IMG/VR virus record: IMGVR_UViG_3300012979_000044
Coordinates: 2,073 to 66,072 of that record
DNA: 64,000 bases
Reading direction: 5' to 3' (one strand)
DNA from: a virus
Lineage: Duplodnaviria > Caudoviricetes
Shown: positions 45,301 to 54,824 of the stretch, piece after piece
How the letters are laid out: each line of letters starts with the position of its first letter
How positions within the stretch are numbered: position 1 is the stretch's first letter
Notes under the pieces: model-generated
What the model saw: the letters and a program-made list of their open reading frames with translations, nothing else
Databases searched by the model: none
Told to the model about the DNA's origin: nothing
Made by a program: the position numbers and the translations under genes

Positions 45301-48300
45301 GTCATAGCTCCAAGCAATATACATAAAGCAGTAACGTTTCCGAGATCGGCACTAACTTCAAGAGCATTCATCGACGCTAGAACGAGTACCAGTCCTTCAA
45401 GAATAAGTGCAAGACCAGCCATTCCAGCACCGAGCTGACCGAGTTTATTCCATCCGATATCATTTGTCTTGCTTAATGCGAACATCACTCCGCCGATAGC
45501 AAGTAACAGCACGGATAACGCTGCTGCATTAGGTAATGCGTTCTGAACATTCAGATTTGACATTCTTACCAATACGCCAGCTACCGCCGCTAACACTAGC
45601 ATCATACCTGTGAATGTGCCAAGTATTTTACCCATTTTGACGTTTTCCAACGATTTCGTAGAAGCGAATACCGCTGCAAGTGACAACATAACCATCGATA
45701 ACGAAGCTGTTGCTGACAGTAACTTTTTAGTGTCTAAGAATGACAACGCCACTAACGTGCCACAGAGAATACCTATTGATACCGCCATAGCAATCATCGT
45801 TCCTTTGGCCTCTTGAGCAAGACCCGTAGCCGCCACAGCAACACTCATCATGAGTATGATTTGAGCTATAGCATCTGTTGCAGTCTTTATGTCTTCGGGT
45901 TTAAGTATGCTGAGTCCAAATATACATGCTGTTAATACGCCAATAGCAACCGCCATACCCATAAGCATGAGACCAGCTTTACCAGCGTTCTTACCAGCAA
46001 TTAATGATGCACCCATTAACAATGCAAACATCGTCATGGTTTTGGTAATAAATTCGATACCTTTATCAACATCGTTGGGATCCAGTTTCGCAACGCTTTT
46101 TACTACAAGTGTCAGGACAAGCATAGCTGCCGCCATTTTAAGCAACAGAGAACCGGCTTTTCCGCCGTTTTTACCTGATAACATAGATACAGCTATCGCT
46201 GCTGCGAATAGAATACCGATGTTACCCATTACATCCATTGCTCTACGAACTTCGCCACTGCTGATTGACGCCGCCATTTTGACGACAGCGACCATTATTC
46301 CCATAGCTATGGACATCTTAAGAAGAAGTGATCCGGCCACAGCGCCATGTTTACCCGCAAGTTTTGATACTGCTATTATCGCCATGAACAATACTTCGAT
46401 GGCTGCTACTACAGCAATACCCTTCTTGATGTCGCCTTTACTGAGATCAGAAGCGGTTTTAAGTACATACGTCATGATCAACATAGCTACTGACATCTTA
46501 AGCAACATAGAGCCTGCTGCGATCATTTTATCACTTCTTGTCGTCAATGCGTTCATCGCAAGCATCAGTACACCTAAAGCAAGTACTGCCGCTGTCAGAC
46601 CCACTATGGCGTTTTTCATACCGTCGCTGTCAATAGAAGCTAAGAGAGCGATTGAAGCTGCTATGATAAGTAAGCTACCTGCCAATTTAAGCATTCCATT
46701 TGTAGCGACCTCAGCACTGATAGTGATTGAACCGAGTTTCTTAGCTGCAACCATTAAGCCGATGAGGATACCGGATAATACCATTATAGCAATACCACCC
46801 TGTACCAATGCAGGTAAATCCATTTTTCCTAAAATATAAACCGCACCAGCCAGTATCGCTAATGCTGCTACTATCTTTAAGATACCTGTAGCCTTTTGAT
46901 TGAACGCTTTAGCCTTGACTAACTCACCAACGTTGTCAAGCAATCTAGCTAAGGCTATGAATGGCGCTGCAAACTTGTTCAGAACGTTAGCAATTGTGTC
47001 AGCTATGCTAGTGAACGCCTTCGCTACATTATTAATTGTGAACAACATACCGCCCATTAACAAACCAGCTGCAATAGAGCCGTAATCGATGTTCTTGATT
47101 ACGTTTACAACACCTTTGAATGTCTTCTTTACCTTCTCAGCAAGTTTTGGGAAGTGCGTTTCTATTCCATTTTGAATTCCATCGAACAGATTCTTCGCAA
47201 AGTTTTTGCCTGCTTCGAAACTGAATATGTCTTTGAGGCTCATACCAGAAGAAGCGAACTCGCTTATACTTTTTACCATCCCAGAGAAACCACCCTCGAA
47301 TGGATTCTTGCCCGAGAACAGCTTAGACATGTCTACAGATCCCTTAAACGCATCGATCCATTTCTTAACCCAGTTGACACCCTTTTCGAGATAAGGTAAA
47401 AGAAAAGAGATTGCTCCTTTGATGTCGAATACGCTGTCAACCCAATCTCTGAAATTAACGACTGCGTCACCAACGTAAGCCGTAAGATCGAGAATATCTA
47501 AGTTGAACAGCGATAAGATAGCTTTAACTACCTTCAAAGCAATTGTGAAACCGCCACCTAACACAGTAGTGATCACATCTAAGATCGCAAATACACCCTT
47601 TAAGGTACGCTTCATCTTTTCGGCTGTTTCATCACTCATTACCAATTTCTCAGAGAAATTATGTATTGATTCGATTACGCCGTACAGTCCATCTGCTGTC
47701 ATAGGCGGAAATACATCCTGCCATGCTTCTTTTAATGTAGAGCACAGTTTTATAACGCCATTGATAGCGTTCATTAAAGAATCAAGTAAGAGTTCTCTAC
47801 CACTTGGTTTCTGAATATTATCGATGAGTTCTCGTAAAGGAGTTCCAGTCTGTTCAGCCTGTCGTGCCAATTTACGATATGCTACGATTTCCTCGTTTGT
47901 ACATCCGATACTCTTCAGCTGTTCGTCTGTAAGATCTTCGAGTGTTAATCTATGACCGTCAGTTGTTTTATTTACGAGATCCTGAACCTGACTATATTCG
48001 TAGCCGGCATCCGCTAATGCTTTTACTCTGGATGCACCATTACCGAATTCGCCACTCCAAACTCGATCAACAATTTTCTGGAAAGCTTCCAGTTTATCAG
48101 TCATAGCCTGTGTGGATTTGTTAACCTCCGATGATTCACCAGTCAAACGTTTGAATGCGGTAATAATATCGTCAGTAGAAACTCGTCCGCTTTGCATAGC
48201 TTTTTCAAGGCTACCGTAACGGTTTATCATAGAATCGAGTTCCCAACCGTGTTCTTCCTTTAGAACACCAGCAAGAGATTCTTTGAACTTGTCCATAGAA

Positions 48301-49493
48301 CCGCCAGCATCTTCAACGTGCTTCGTAAATTTGGTCCATTTTGAAGTTAATGCGCCTTCAATAAGGTTGTTACGAGCATCAGACATCTTGTCGATTATCG
48401 GACTGAGTTTATCATTCAGACCTGTGAAGAAAGACTTCGCTTCTTCAAAGTTACCGAACATAAGCTCCCAAGTTTTACCCCAACCAGACTGTGCTGTTTC
48501 TTTTAGTGTGTCATATAACTGAGTAAGGGTCTTTACTTTGGTAGCCGCATCTTCAGCCATCTGAGCTTCCTTCAAGAGAGCGTCAGCTTGTTCCTGAGTA
48601 TACTTACCTGCTTTGAGCATTGAGTCTGCATACTCTTTAGCGCCTTCTACAGTAAACTTCTTAAGTGTTGTGTTAAGAACATCTGCTGTAATCCAGCCTT
48701 CCTGAAGTGAGTCTCTGAATGAACCCGCATCTGCGATTATCGCATCGACATTTGTGCCGAACTCCCTAGCAGTCTGTTTCAATGCTTCCTGAAGCTTTTC
48801 GCCACCCATACCAGCATTTACTACAGAGTTCCAGTCCATAAGTTTAACTGTACCTGCGGCAAGTGCCTGAGAAAGCTGATACATTGCCGTAGATGCCTGC
48901 TGTGAAGATGAACCAGACATGGCCGCTACGTTTGCAATACCCTGAATAGCGTTGGCTGATTCTTTAAGTCCGACACCAGCTGCTGTAAACGTACCTATGT
49001 TCCTCGTCATTTCTGAGAAGTTATAGATAGTTTTGTCAGCATATGTATTTAATTCGTCAATAACTTTTGTTACTGACTCAATGTTTTCACCTTTAGAAGA
49101 TGTATTCGCCAGGATTGTCTGAATAGCATTGATCTTGGTTTCATACTCGTTGAAACCGGTTTTTACAGGATCGAGAGTAAGTGCGTTTACAATATTCTTA
49201 CCTGCTCTTATCGCAGAATTTGTAAGATTGACTAAGCATGTAGCTCCTATCACGCTAAGACCGCTAAATTCAGCCTGTACACTACGTACTCCCTGACCGA
49301 GCACATCCATGTTCTTTTTTACAATATTGGCATGATTGGTAAGACCGGAGAGTCCTTTTGCCGCGCCTGAGAAATTAAGTTTGGCTTTAAGTTTGTCGAG
49401 GGTTGACATTGTTGTCGAAACATTCTTTTCGAAATGACGATTGTCAAATTTCATCTCGACGACTCTTTGGTCAACTTTTTTACTCTTACTCAT
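42390..49493 (-). CDS. Tape measure protein
   Basis: 2367 aa; IDELNTYADKTIYNF tape-measure domain; Ala/Gly-rich amphipathic repeats. Confidence 0.92.
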   Translation of the reverse strand: MSKSKKVDQRVVEMKFDNRHFEKNVSTTMSTLDKLKAKLNFSGAAKGLSGLTNHANIVKKNMDVLGQGVRSVQAEFSGLSVIGATCLVNLTNSAIRAGKNIVNALTLDPVKTGFNEYETKINAIQTILANTSSKGENIESVTKVIDELNTYADKTIYNFSEMTRNIGTFTAAGVGLKESANAIQGIANVAAMSGSSSQQASTAMYQLSQALAAGTVKLMDWNSVVNAGMGGEKLQEALKQTAREFGTNVDAIIADAGSFRDSLQEGWITADVLNTTLKKFTVEGAKEYADSMLKAGKYTQEQADALLKEAQMAEDAATKVKTLTQLYDTLKETAQSGWGKTWELMFGNFEEAKSFFTGLNDKLSPIIDKMSDARNNLIEGALTSKWTKFTKHVEDAGGSMDKFKESLAGVLKEEHGWELDSMINRYGSLEKAMQSGRVSTDDIITAFKRLTGESSEVNKSTQAMTDKLEAFQKIVDRVWSGEFGNGASRVKALADAGYEYSQVQDLVNKTTDGHRLTLEDLTDEQLKSIGCTNEEIVAYRKLARQAEQTGTPLRELIDNIQKPSGRELLLDSLMNAINGVIKLCSTLKEAWQDVFPPMTADGLYGVIESIHNFSEKLVMSDETAEKMKRTLKGVFAILDVITTVLGGGFTIALKVVKAILSLFNLDILDLTAYVGDAVVNFRDWVDSVFDIKGAISFLLPYLEKGVNWVKKWIDAFKGSVDMSKLFSGKNPFEGGFSGMVKSISEFASSGMSLKDIFSFEAGKNFAKNLFDGIQNGIETHFPKLAEKVKKTFKGVVNVIKNIDYGSIAAGLLMGGMLFTINNVAKAFTSIADTIANVLNKFAAPFIALARLLDNVGELVKAKAFNQKATGILKIVAALAILAGAVYILGKMDLPALVQGGIAIMVLSGILIGLMVAAKKLGSITISAEVATNGMLKLAGSLLIIAASIALLASIDSDGMKNAIVGLTAAVLALGVLMLAMNALTTRSDKMIAAGSMLLKMSVAMLIMTYVLKTASDLSKGDIKKGIAVVAAIEVLFMAIIAVSKLAGKHGAVAGSLLLKMSIAMGIMVAVVKMAASISSGEVRRAMDVMGNIGILFAAAIAVSMLSGKNGGKAGSLLLKMAAAMLVLTLVVKSVAKLDPNDVDKGIEFITKTMTMFALLMGASLIAGKNAGKAGLMLMGMAVAIGVLTACIFGLSILKPEDIKTATDAIAQIILMMSVAVAATGLAQEAKGTMIAMAVSIGILCGTLVALSFLDTKKLLSATASLSMVMLSLAAVFASTKSLENVKMGKILGTFTGMMLVLAAVAGVLVRMSNLNVQNALPNAAALSVLLLAIGGVMFALSKTNDIGWNKLGQLGAGMAGLALILEGLVLVLASMNALEVSADLGNVTALCILLGAMTVAMIALSNFTGAMTWKDVGIVVVGMAGLAAVLELLALVLATMTALKVKNGIENAKALTILFGALSIAVIPMALMGLLGPSVLMGAVGMAALTVVMELLALVLATMTALKVKNGIENAKALSILIFALSIAMVPIGLMGLLGPFVLMGAAGMVALAVVMELLALVLATMSALDVQNGVENAKALSILVLALSAAMVPLGVVGLLGPAALIGISCLAVLAVGLGLAIKAFEKWIAPGLPEMASNLSMFMINLMPFIAGAKTIDASAAEGCKNIASMLTALAGAGIVDAVMSLFGGDNWTSGIGETLNQFGDIMVKFSNKLTEGNFNPEAVNAAANAGRMVTELYDALPSSGGFLGEKIAALVGGKDMVSFGAELETFGESMAKFSDKVKNVKPEAVEAAANAGKMMAEMADTIPNSGGLLADFLGDNTMDVFGPQLVIFGDSIAKFSEKVKDIDPEAVKAAAEAGKALADMAHEIPNEGGWIAKIVGENDMATFSDKLPTFGEGLAGFGDKVAGVKPDAIRAAAEAGKALAEMANEIPNEGGWISKIVGDNSLDTFAVNIAKLGEGMKVFSDKTDGLKLENVNNAATAIDGIKSTIEKLPAAGCMDGKIGTDEITKINTVIPSLATTLSTCSTKIGGIDTSKLSKAVNDLKSIIRVLKDMGNTKFGDTRGFVTALETVGKVSVDKFVMAFGEGTPKASNKAKEMLNRMIEIVTNQGARFTNSGKYIISKFVSGITASKEKVNTAMTTMTNTMSSSVKMGYTSMYSAGSYLVQGLAKGISGSAYLATAAATTAMQAAITAAKEAAGINSPSKVFYEMGGFVVAGFVNALDDLNGKVYNSGYGMADNARKGFSNAISRITSSFDEDSLQPTIRPVLDLSAVESGAGTIGGMFSMKPSIGLLSNVGAVNRMMSNRQNGAGNDDVVYAIDKLRKELGNVGTTNNNYINGITYDDGSNVSDAIATLVRAAKVERRT

Positions 49494-49870
49494 AATTTAG
49501 TCACCTCTTCCCATGCCTGATCGGTAATCTTATCAAAAATGGGCTGAATAGCTGGATTAATATAATCTCTGCCTTCAACCCATCCTCCGTTTCGAGTACC
49601 GTGTCCATACTGCAATATAATTGCAATATTGACGTATTTATTTATGTTGCTGTTATTAAATTGTATAGAGTAAACTCCATTTTGACTTTTTATCTCGTAA
49701 CTCCAAGACGCTGCTGTCTTTCCTGAGTCAACAGGGGTTGCAGACGCAAGGGCTGCTACACCTTGTTTACCGAAACGATCCAGAACCTTTATAATTCTAT
49801 TAGGATTCTTAGCCTCTCTTAGATAACGGTCCAGCTCTTTGAAATCGCCCTTGTGTCCGAACTTAATCAT
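49490..49870 (-). CDS. HK97 gp10-like tail completion protein
   Basis: ATPVDSGKTAASW...ILQYGHGTRNGG. Confidence 0.75.
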   Translation of the reverse strand: MIKFGHKGDFKELDRYLREAKNPNRIIKVLDRFGKQGVAALASATPVDSGKTAASWSYEIKSQNGVYSIQFNNSNINKYVNIAIILQYGHGTRNGGWVEGRDYINPAIQPIFDKITDQAWEEVTKL

Positions 49871-49885
49871 ACTTACACCCCTTAA

Positions 49886-50614
49886 TTAGAGAATTGCTTT
49901 AATTGCTTCGAGTTTAGCCTTTGCTTCCTCGTACAGTGTCTTCCAGTCTGGCTCCTCAGGTTTTGTGGATTCAGGCTGAACAACATCAGGAGTCTTGACA
50001 AACCCGTTAAGACCCTTTGATTCGATGAGTGTTGGGTAATCCTTATAGCACTCGTTCAGGTCAACGTCACCGCTGATACCATCAACTTTTCCAGTAGACG
50101 AATGCTGCCACATACCGTACTCCGTTGTATTCGTCGGTTTACTGCCGTAGCGAGCAACCCACTTATCGAACTTTGCAAGTTTCTTGAGATCGAGGCGATC
50201 GCCAAAGCCAGATACGTCAGAAGCATAGATGCCACAGTAATATCCTGCTGCTTCCATTGTTTCACAGAAGCCGATACAAGCCTCGGTGTTACCTTCCTTA
50301 GTTGCCGCTGTAGGATCTTCGAAATCCATGTATACAGGATACTCAAATGTCTTCCCCTTGAGGATTTCAAGGAAACGTTTTGCATCGGCGATACCATCAT
50401 TTCTGGAGATGCAATTCTTACCGACATAGTAATACGCGCCAAGCGGAACGCCCGCGCTCTTTGCGTTTTTGTAGTTTGTTTCAAATGTTGAATCCGTGTA
50501 TACACCGGAATCGGAACCGCCGGCTTTCAGGATAGCAAAGTCAACTGTTTTCTTAACCTTGTCCCAGTCAGGGGCTCCGTTCCAGTGAGATACGTCAATA
50601 CCGTTTTTCATCAT
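49886..50614 (-). CDS. GH25 muramidase (endolysin)
   Basis: GIDVSHWNG, GAYYY, YMDFED, WVARYG, WQHSSTG.VDGI.G.VDLN. Confidence 0.9.
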   Translation of the reverse strand: MMKNGIDVSHWNGAPDWDKVKKTVDFAILKAGGSDSGVYTDSTFETNYKNAKSAGVPLGAYYYVGKNCISRNDGIADAKRFLEILKGKTFEYPVYMDFEDPTAATKEGNTEACIGFCETMEAAGYYCGIYASDVSGFGDRLDLKKLAKFDKWVARYGSKPTNTTEYGMWQHSSTGKVDGISGDVDLNECYKDYPTLIESKGLNGFVKTPDVVQPESTKPEEPDWKTLYEEAKAKLEAIKAIL

Positions 50615-50619
50615 AGTAA

Positions 50620-51168
50620 TCATCCTTTCGAACCCAAAGCTTTTCTTCGGGCGTCATTAAGCGCCTTGTTACGACTCATTATGTCGCTCTGACTCATTTT
50701 CTTTCCAGGCGTGTTTTTCGCACTGCAGAATTTGATCAAGGCTATCAATCTATTCAAATGCCAATACTGACATTCGAACGGTATCTGTAACGAGATCATC
50801 CAATAATATAGAGTCTCAGACGATATAAATTCACCGCTGTTACTGCCCCGGCTATTGTCGAGAACGATCGATGCCGTCTGAGAATCGTCTATATATTGGT
50901 TAATCTCATCGATTATTTTGTTGTTATGTGCCATGAAAACGTATACATTTGGGTCAACGTTTTCGGTAAGTGTCATGAATTTTATATAATCCAGGGTTTG
51001 TTCCATTGTCTTTTCTTTATCAGAAATGTATGGAATGTGCCATTTGGCTTCCCATTTTGAAAGAGAGACAAGTGAATGCTCTAATTTCAATGTCTGCTCT
51101 TCTATTACGACGAATTCTTGTTTCTCGTCGTCAAACAGGTCGATAGCCGGTATTGTAATTTCGAGCAA
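50620..51168 (-). CDS. Tail assembly chaperone-region protein
   Basis: LEHSLVSLSKWEAKW...SETLYYWM...WHLNRL; position after the first chaperone. Confidence 0.65.
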   Translation of the reverse strand: MLEITIPAIDLFDDEKQEFVVIEEQTLKLEHSLVSLSKWEAKWHIPYISDKEKTMEQTLDYIKFMTLTENVDPNVYVFMAHNNKIIDEINQYIDDSQTASIVLDNSRGSNSGEFISSETLYYWMISLQIPFECQYWHLNRLIALIKFCSAKNTPGKKMSQSDIMSRNKALNDARRKALGSKG

Positions 51169-51191
51169 TCTTTGTCACCTCTGTTGTTTTC

Positions 51192-51620
51192 TTATCGATT
51201 CTTCTGTTCAAGAAATGCCTTAGCCTTAGCCTGAGCTTCTTCGTCTGCCATGTCAGCAGGGATAATGCCGTTGATAAACTTAGCAGCTGCATCAGCATCC
51301 GTTGCAAGTTCCATGAAAAGAACTGAGTATGCTTCTGTCTGAGCGAACTTTCTTGACAGGGGTCTACCCTCTTCGTCCATCTTAAGAAATCCTCTGCCGT
51401 CAGCACTTCTCTCGCCATATGCCTTGAGAATAAGATCCTTAAAGATCTTCATGATAGAGGGTGCGTCTTCAGCAGCTACGATTCTCTGAATTGTCTCAGC
51501 GAGACCACCAACAGTTCCGAGTTCCATTTCCATGATTTCAGCCTTGGAGAGGTTGAAGTAGTAGTCTTCAGATCTGGGGTTTCCGTTATAATCTGTGTAA
51601 TTAATAGTCTTCTTTAACAT
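51192..51620 (-). CDS. Tail assembly chaperone
   Basis: Follows the major tail protein; start moved to MLKKTINY. Confidence 0.7.
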   Translation of the reverse strand: MLKKTINYTDYNGNPRSEDYYFNLSKAEIMEMELGTVGGLAETIQRIVAAEDAPSIMKIFKDLILKAYGERSADGRGFLKMDEEGRPLSRKFAQTEAYSVLFMELATDADAAAKFINGIIPADMADEEAQAKAKAFLEQKNR

Positions 51621-51652
51621 AATTTTTCTCCTTTTTAATAAATAAAATAAAA

Positions 51653-51674
51653 GGGCCGATCCTAAGACCGACCC
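51653..51674 (-). terminator. Intrinsic terminator after the major tail gene
   Basis: GGGTCGGTC-TTAG-GATCGGCCC-TTTT. Confidence 0.75.
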
Positions 51675-51698
51675 CATTTTGAATTTTGCAGTTGGTGA

Positions 51699-52391
51699 TT
51701 AGCCTTCTGCGCCGATAAGCTCAGCAACCTTCTCAGGAAGAGGGAGCTGTGCGTTTGCGGTTGAAGAACCGTAAAGGAACTCCTCGAATGCCTTGAGCTT
51801 AGCCTTGAGCTCGGGTGTGTTGAACTTAGTAGAGTCAACAGTTACGAGAGAAGTAGGCTTGTACTCGTTCTCGCCGATCTTAACGTTAACAGGTGTAGAC
51901 TTGAGCTCCCATGACATAGTCATAGTTTCGGAGTTCTCGTTCACAGTGTTGTTAGCTCTCTCTGAGGGAGCTGCTGTAAGACCGTATGCGATCTTGATCT
52001 TGTAGCCGAACTTGTCTGATTCAGTGTCGTTACCGATAAGTGACTTCCAAGCAAGACCAAATGTCTTACGTGTCTGCTGACCGATTGTTACACCAGTAGC
52101 AATTGTAGCGGAACCGTCACACTCAGCAAACTCATCAGGATATGTGTATGCTTCGATTGTTGCGCCGAATTCCTCTGCAGAAATAAGGTTTGCATACTTT
52201 ACGTTGTCAGCCCAGAGTGCTGTAGCCTCAGCGCCGGAAGGACTCTCTGTAATATTGATTACACCGTTCCATGCGACACCGTCGCCGTATGTACCATTTG
52301 ATGTAGGATAAAGAGCAACGTTGCTTACGCCTCTTTCCCACTTCTTTTCGCCTGCTGCATGCCAAACAAGTGGTCCTTTTGTATCTGCCAT
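51699..52391 (-). CDS. Major tail (tube) protein
   Basis: ITESPSGAEATALWADN.KY...FGATIEAYTYP (phi13-like family). Confidence 0.88.
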   Translation of the reverse strand: MADTKGPLVWHAAGEKKWERGVSNVALYPTSNGTYGDGVAWNGVINITESPSGAEATALWADNVKYANLISAEEFGATIEAYTYPDEFAECDGSATIATGVTIGQQTRKTFGLAWKSLIGNDTESDKFGYKIKIAYGLTAAPSERANNTVNENSETMTMSWELKSTPVNVKIGENEYKPTSLVTVDSTKFNTPELKAKLKAFEEFLYGSSTANAQLPLPEKVAELIGAEG

Positions 52392-52404
52392 TTGTTATTC
52401 CTCC

Positions 52405-52710
52405 TTAAAAATATAATTCGAAAACGTAATGATACAGATTGTCCGATACGTAATGTCTGTCGAAACCACATTGTGGTAATGTATTCAGTTTATCGACAAT
52501 TTCATCATCGGGATTTGTAGTCAAGTACGTTATTTCGTATGATTTGTTAGTGCCGTATACGGCGTTGTCTGCGTGGACATTCTCTATATTGCTAAGAGAA
52601 TATCTTATCGCTGGGTACTTCATTGATACTGACGGAGGGGGCTGAAAATACACATTTCTTGTTCCCAGGATGTTAACCAGGAGTTCATGTAGATCGAGTC
52701 TTTTACCCAT
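52405..52710 (-). CDS. Tail terminator / head-tail joining protein
   Basis: VYFQPP...YPAIRY...DNLYHYVF. Confidence 0.7.
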   Translation of the reverse strand: MGKRLDLHELLVNILGTRNVYFQPPPSVSMKYPAIRYSLSNIENVHADNAVYGTNKSYEITYLTTNPDDEIVDKLNTLPQCGFDRHYVSDNLYHYVFELYF

Positions 52711-53017
52711 TGTATACGCCCCCCAACGTCAGAATTAGTCTAGGGTATTGGACGTCAACATTTGTGACTTTCCATTTAATACCCATAAACTCAGCGTAAC
52801 GCACAGAATGGAAATTTTCATTGGCATATGGATCGGCGATGAAACTGATCTCATTGCCAACAGTTACGTCGTCGTTGAGTTTATCTGAAGACTGTAATCT
52901 TCGTGTATTTCGATATGTGTCACCGGAATACTCACGTTCCACTATATTTTCGGTCCATACGCCAGGTGCTGTTTCGAGCATCTCTGCGTAGCCTACTTTG
53001 CCGAACCATTTAGCCAA
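52703..53017 (-). CDS. Head closure / head-tail adaptor
   Basis: Follows the capsid gene; KWKVT.VDVQYPRLILTLG. Confidence 0.7.
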   Translation of the reverse strand: MAKWFGKVGYAEMLETAPGVWTENIVEREYSGDTYRNTRRLQSSDKLNDDVTVGNEISFIADPYANENFHSVRYAEFMGIKWKVTNVDVQYPRLILTLGGVYNG

Positions 53018-53042
53018 TTAAATCACTCCATTTTGAATTTTA

Positions 53043-54824
53043 TTAGCCCTCAGCAGAGCCAGAAACAAGTTCCTCAAGCGCAATAGCAGAGAAAGGAACT
53101 GTGTTACCACCAGAGATACGTGTCTCCATAAGGTACTTATACTTGTTGAAGTCAATGTCGAACTGCTCGAAGTTTGTGATCTGACCACCCTTAACAGAAC
53201 CGATCTGGTAATCTGCGAAGTTGTAGAACAGACCAAGAAGCTTCTTAGTCTTGCCGTCATCAGTTGTACGTGTCTTACCCTCGTACTGCTCAACAGTGTA
53301 GATGTTTTTTACGTTGAGTGCTGCAGCAAGATCATCCTTAGACTGGTACATACGATGACCATTCATGTCTCTTGCAAGAAGCATAACGTTAAGAAGATGA
53401 GGTGTGCAGAAGAAGTCAAGTGAACCAGAGCCCTTGTACTTCTCACGAGCATAAAGTGCCGCTGTGATGATAGCCTCAGCGTAGATGTAGTTCTCACCGA
53501 AGTTAGCATTAGTGTTAGAGCCCTGAAGCTCAGTTTTTGCCTTCGCAATATCAACATCCTGATAAATTGTGAAGAGCTCGATGTCGCCCCATACAGGCTG
53601 AATATGAGCTTCCTTGATCTTGTCAGGATCGCCCTTAGGACGGCTGTCACCGATAGATACCGCCTGAGCAATTGTCATCTCAAGCTTAGAACGCATGATG
53701 TTCTTCTGGTAGTTAACTACGTCGAAGTCTTCGATATCAAGGATGTCATCACGGTGCATCTCGTCCTTTACGTATACAGTCTGAGGATCGAAAGAACGGC
53801 CGATCATGTCGAACTGACCAATAAGCTTCTTCTGTTCGCCCTTTGTGTAACCGAGACCTCTGATATCAGCCTCACGAAGATCTGTATAGCGGCAACGTAC
53901 ACGAGCCATAGGACTCTTCTTGACCTTGCCGAGGATTGTGCCTACCCAAGACTCGTCCTTGTCGAGGATCTTAGGTGCGCCAGGAGTGTTCTCCCACTCA
54001 TTCTCAGGGAAGAGCGCCTCATAGTCAGCGAAGCCGTGCTGAAGTGAATTATCCTCAGCAAACTCGGCCATAGCAGCCTTGAATGTACCAAGTCTCTTAG
54101 CACGCGCAATAATAGCCTTCTCGTCTGCATGAGTGAGATATGTGCCCTGCTCTTCCATGTCGTTGTCAAATACATTGTGTTTCATGTTGTTTCCTCCTTC
54201 ATCATCATCTGAATCGTCACCTTCGAGTGCCTGACCGAGTGTTGCGAGCCAAGCCTGCTGCTGCTCTTCGGTACAGGAATTGAAGATGTCCTTAATTGAC
54301 TTATCGTCATTGTTTGTGTTCTTTTCCTTATCCATTTTGACGTTATCCTCCTTTTTATCGTCTTCAGCGTGATAAAGTTCGATACCGCCATCGTTATAGA
54401 TTGTTGCTTCGGAATCGGACTCCTCGCCATGTGCCATAACAGCATCGATGTAAGCGCCGGGATTAGCTCCAGCAAGAACAAGGCTGAGTTCACGAATATT
54501 ACCGTGAATTACATTGCGCATGTTTTCCTTAAGATTATTAGCATAGATCGAAAGGGCGTCAATGTCGCCATGCTGCACAAGAAGCTTTGCGGTTTTACCG
54601 TTTTCAGTATCATTAAACTTGCAGTAAGCGTAAACACCCTCATCTCTGTTTTCGAGAAGCGCATGTCCAAGGACTTCGTCAGGGTGATTATGCTGATGAT
54701 TCCAAACGAGAGGAACCTGAGCTCCATCATTATGTTTGAAAGCATCTTTCATGATTGTTCGACCATCCGAGCATTTGATGTTATGCTTGGTGGCCCAACC
54801 ACTGAAATCATAGTCAATCGCCAT
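53043..54824 (-). CDS. Fused prohead protease + major capsid protein
   Basis: DFSGWAT, PLVWNH, ALSIY, RELSLVLAGANP (HK97-type protease), acidic linker, then capsid domain; GGAGG RBS before MAIDYD. Confidence 0.85.
   Translation of the reverse strand: MAIDYDFSGWATKHNIKCSDGRTIMKDAFKHNDGAQVPLVWNHQHNHPDEVLGHALLENRDEGVYAYCKFNDTENGKTAKLLVQHGDIDALSIYANNLKENMRNVIHGNIRELSLVLAGANPGAYIDAVMAHGEESDSEATIYNDGGIELYHAEDDKKEDNVKMDKEKNTNNDDKSIKDIFNSCTEEQQQAWLATLGQALEGDDSDDDEGGNNMKHNVFDNDMEEQGTYLTHADEKAIIARAKRLGTFKAAMAEFAEDNSLQHGFADYEALFPENEWENTPGAPKILDKDESWVGTILGKVKKSPMARVRCRYTDLREADIRGLGYTKGEQKKLIGQFDMIGRSFDPQTVYVKDEMHRDDILDIEDFDVVNYQKNIMRSKLEMTIAQAVSIGDSRPKGDPDKIKEAHIQPVWGDIELFTIYQDVDIAKAKTELQGSNTNANFGENYIYAEAIITAALYAREKYKGSGSLDFFCTPHLLNVMLLARDMNGHRMYQSKDDLAAALNVKNIYTVEQYEGKTRTTDDGKTKKLLGLFYNFADYQIGSVKGGQITNFEQFDIDFNKYKYLMETRISGGNTVPFSAIALEELVSGSAEG

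Noticed and set aside
43189-48522. Long plus-strand ORFs (up to 316 aa) opposite the tape measure gene
   Set aside because: Antisense shadows of an Ala/Gly/Leu-rich repetitive CDS; no RBS or recognisable motifs. The same applies to plus-strand ORFs opposite the replicase, capsid, portal and 61628 genes.
51131-51418. Programmed frameshift between the tail chaperones
   Set aside because: No clear slippery heptamer near the first stop, and the second gene has its own GAGGTG RBS and TTG start; not supportable by eye.
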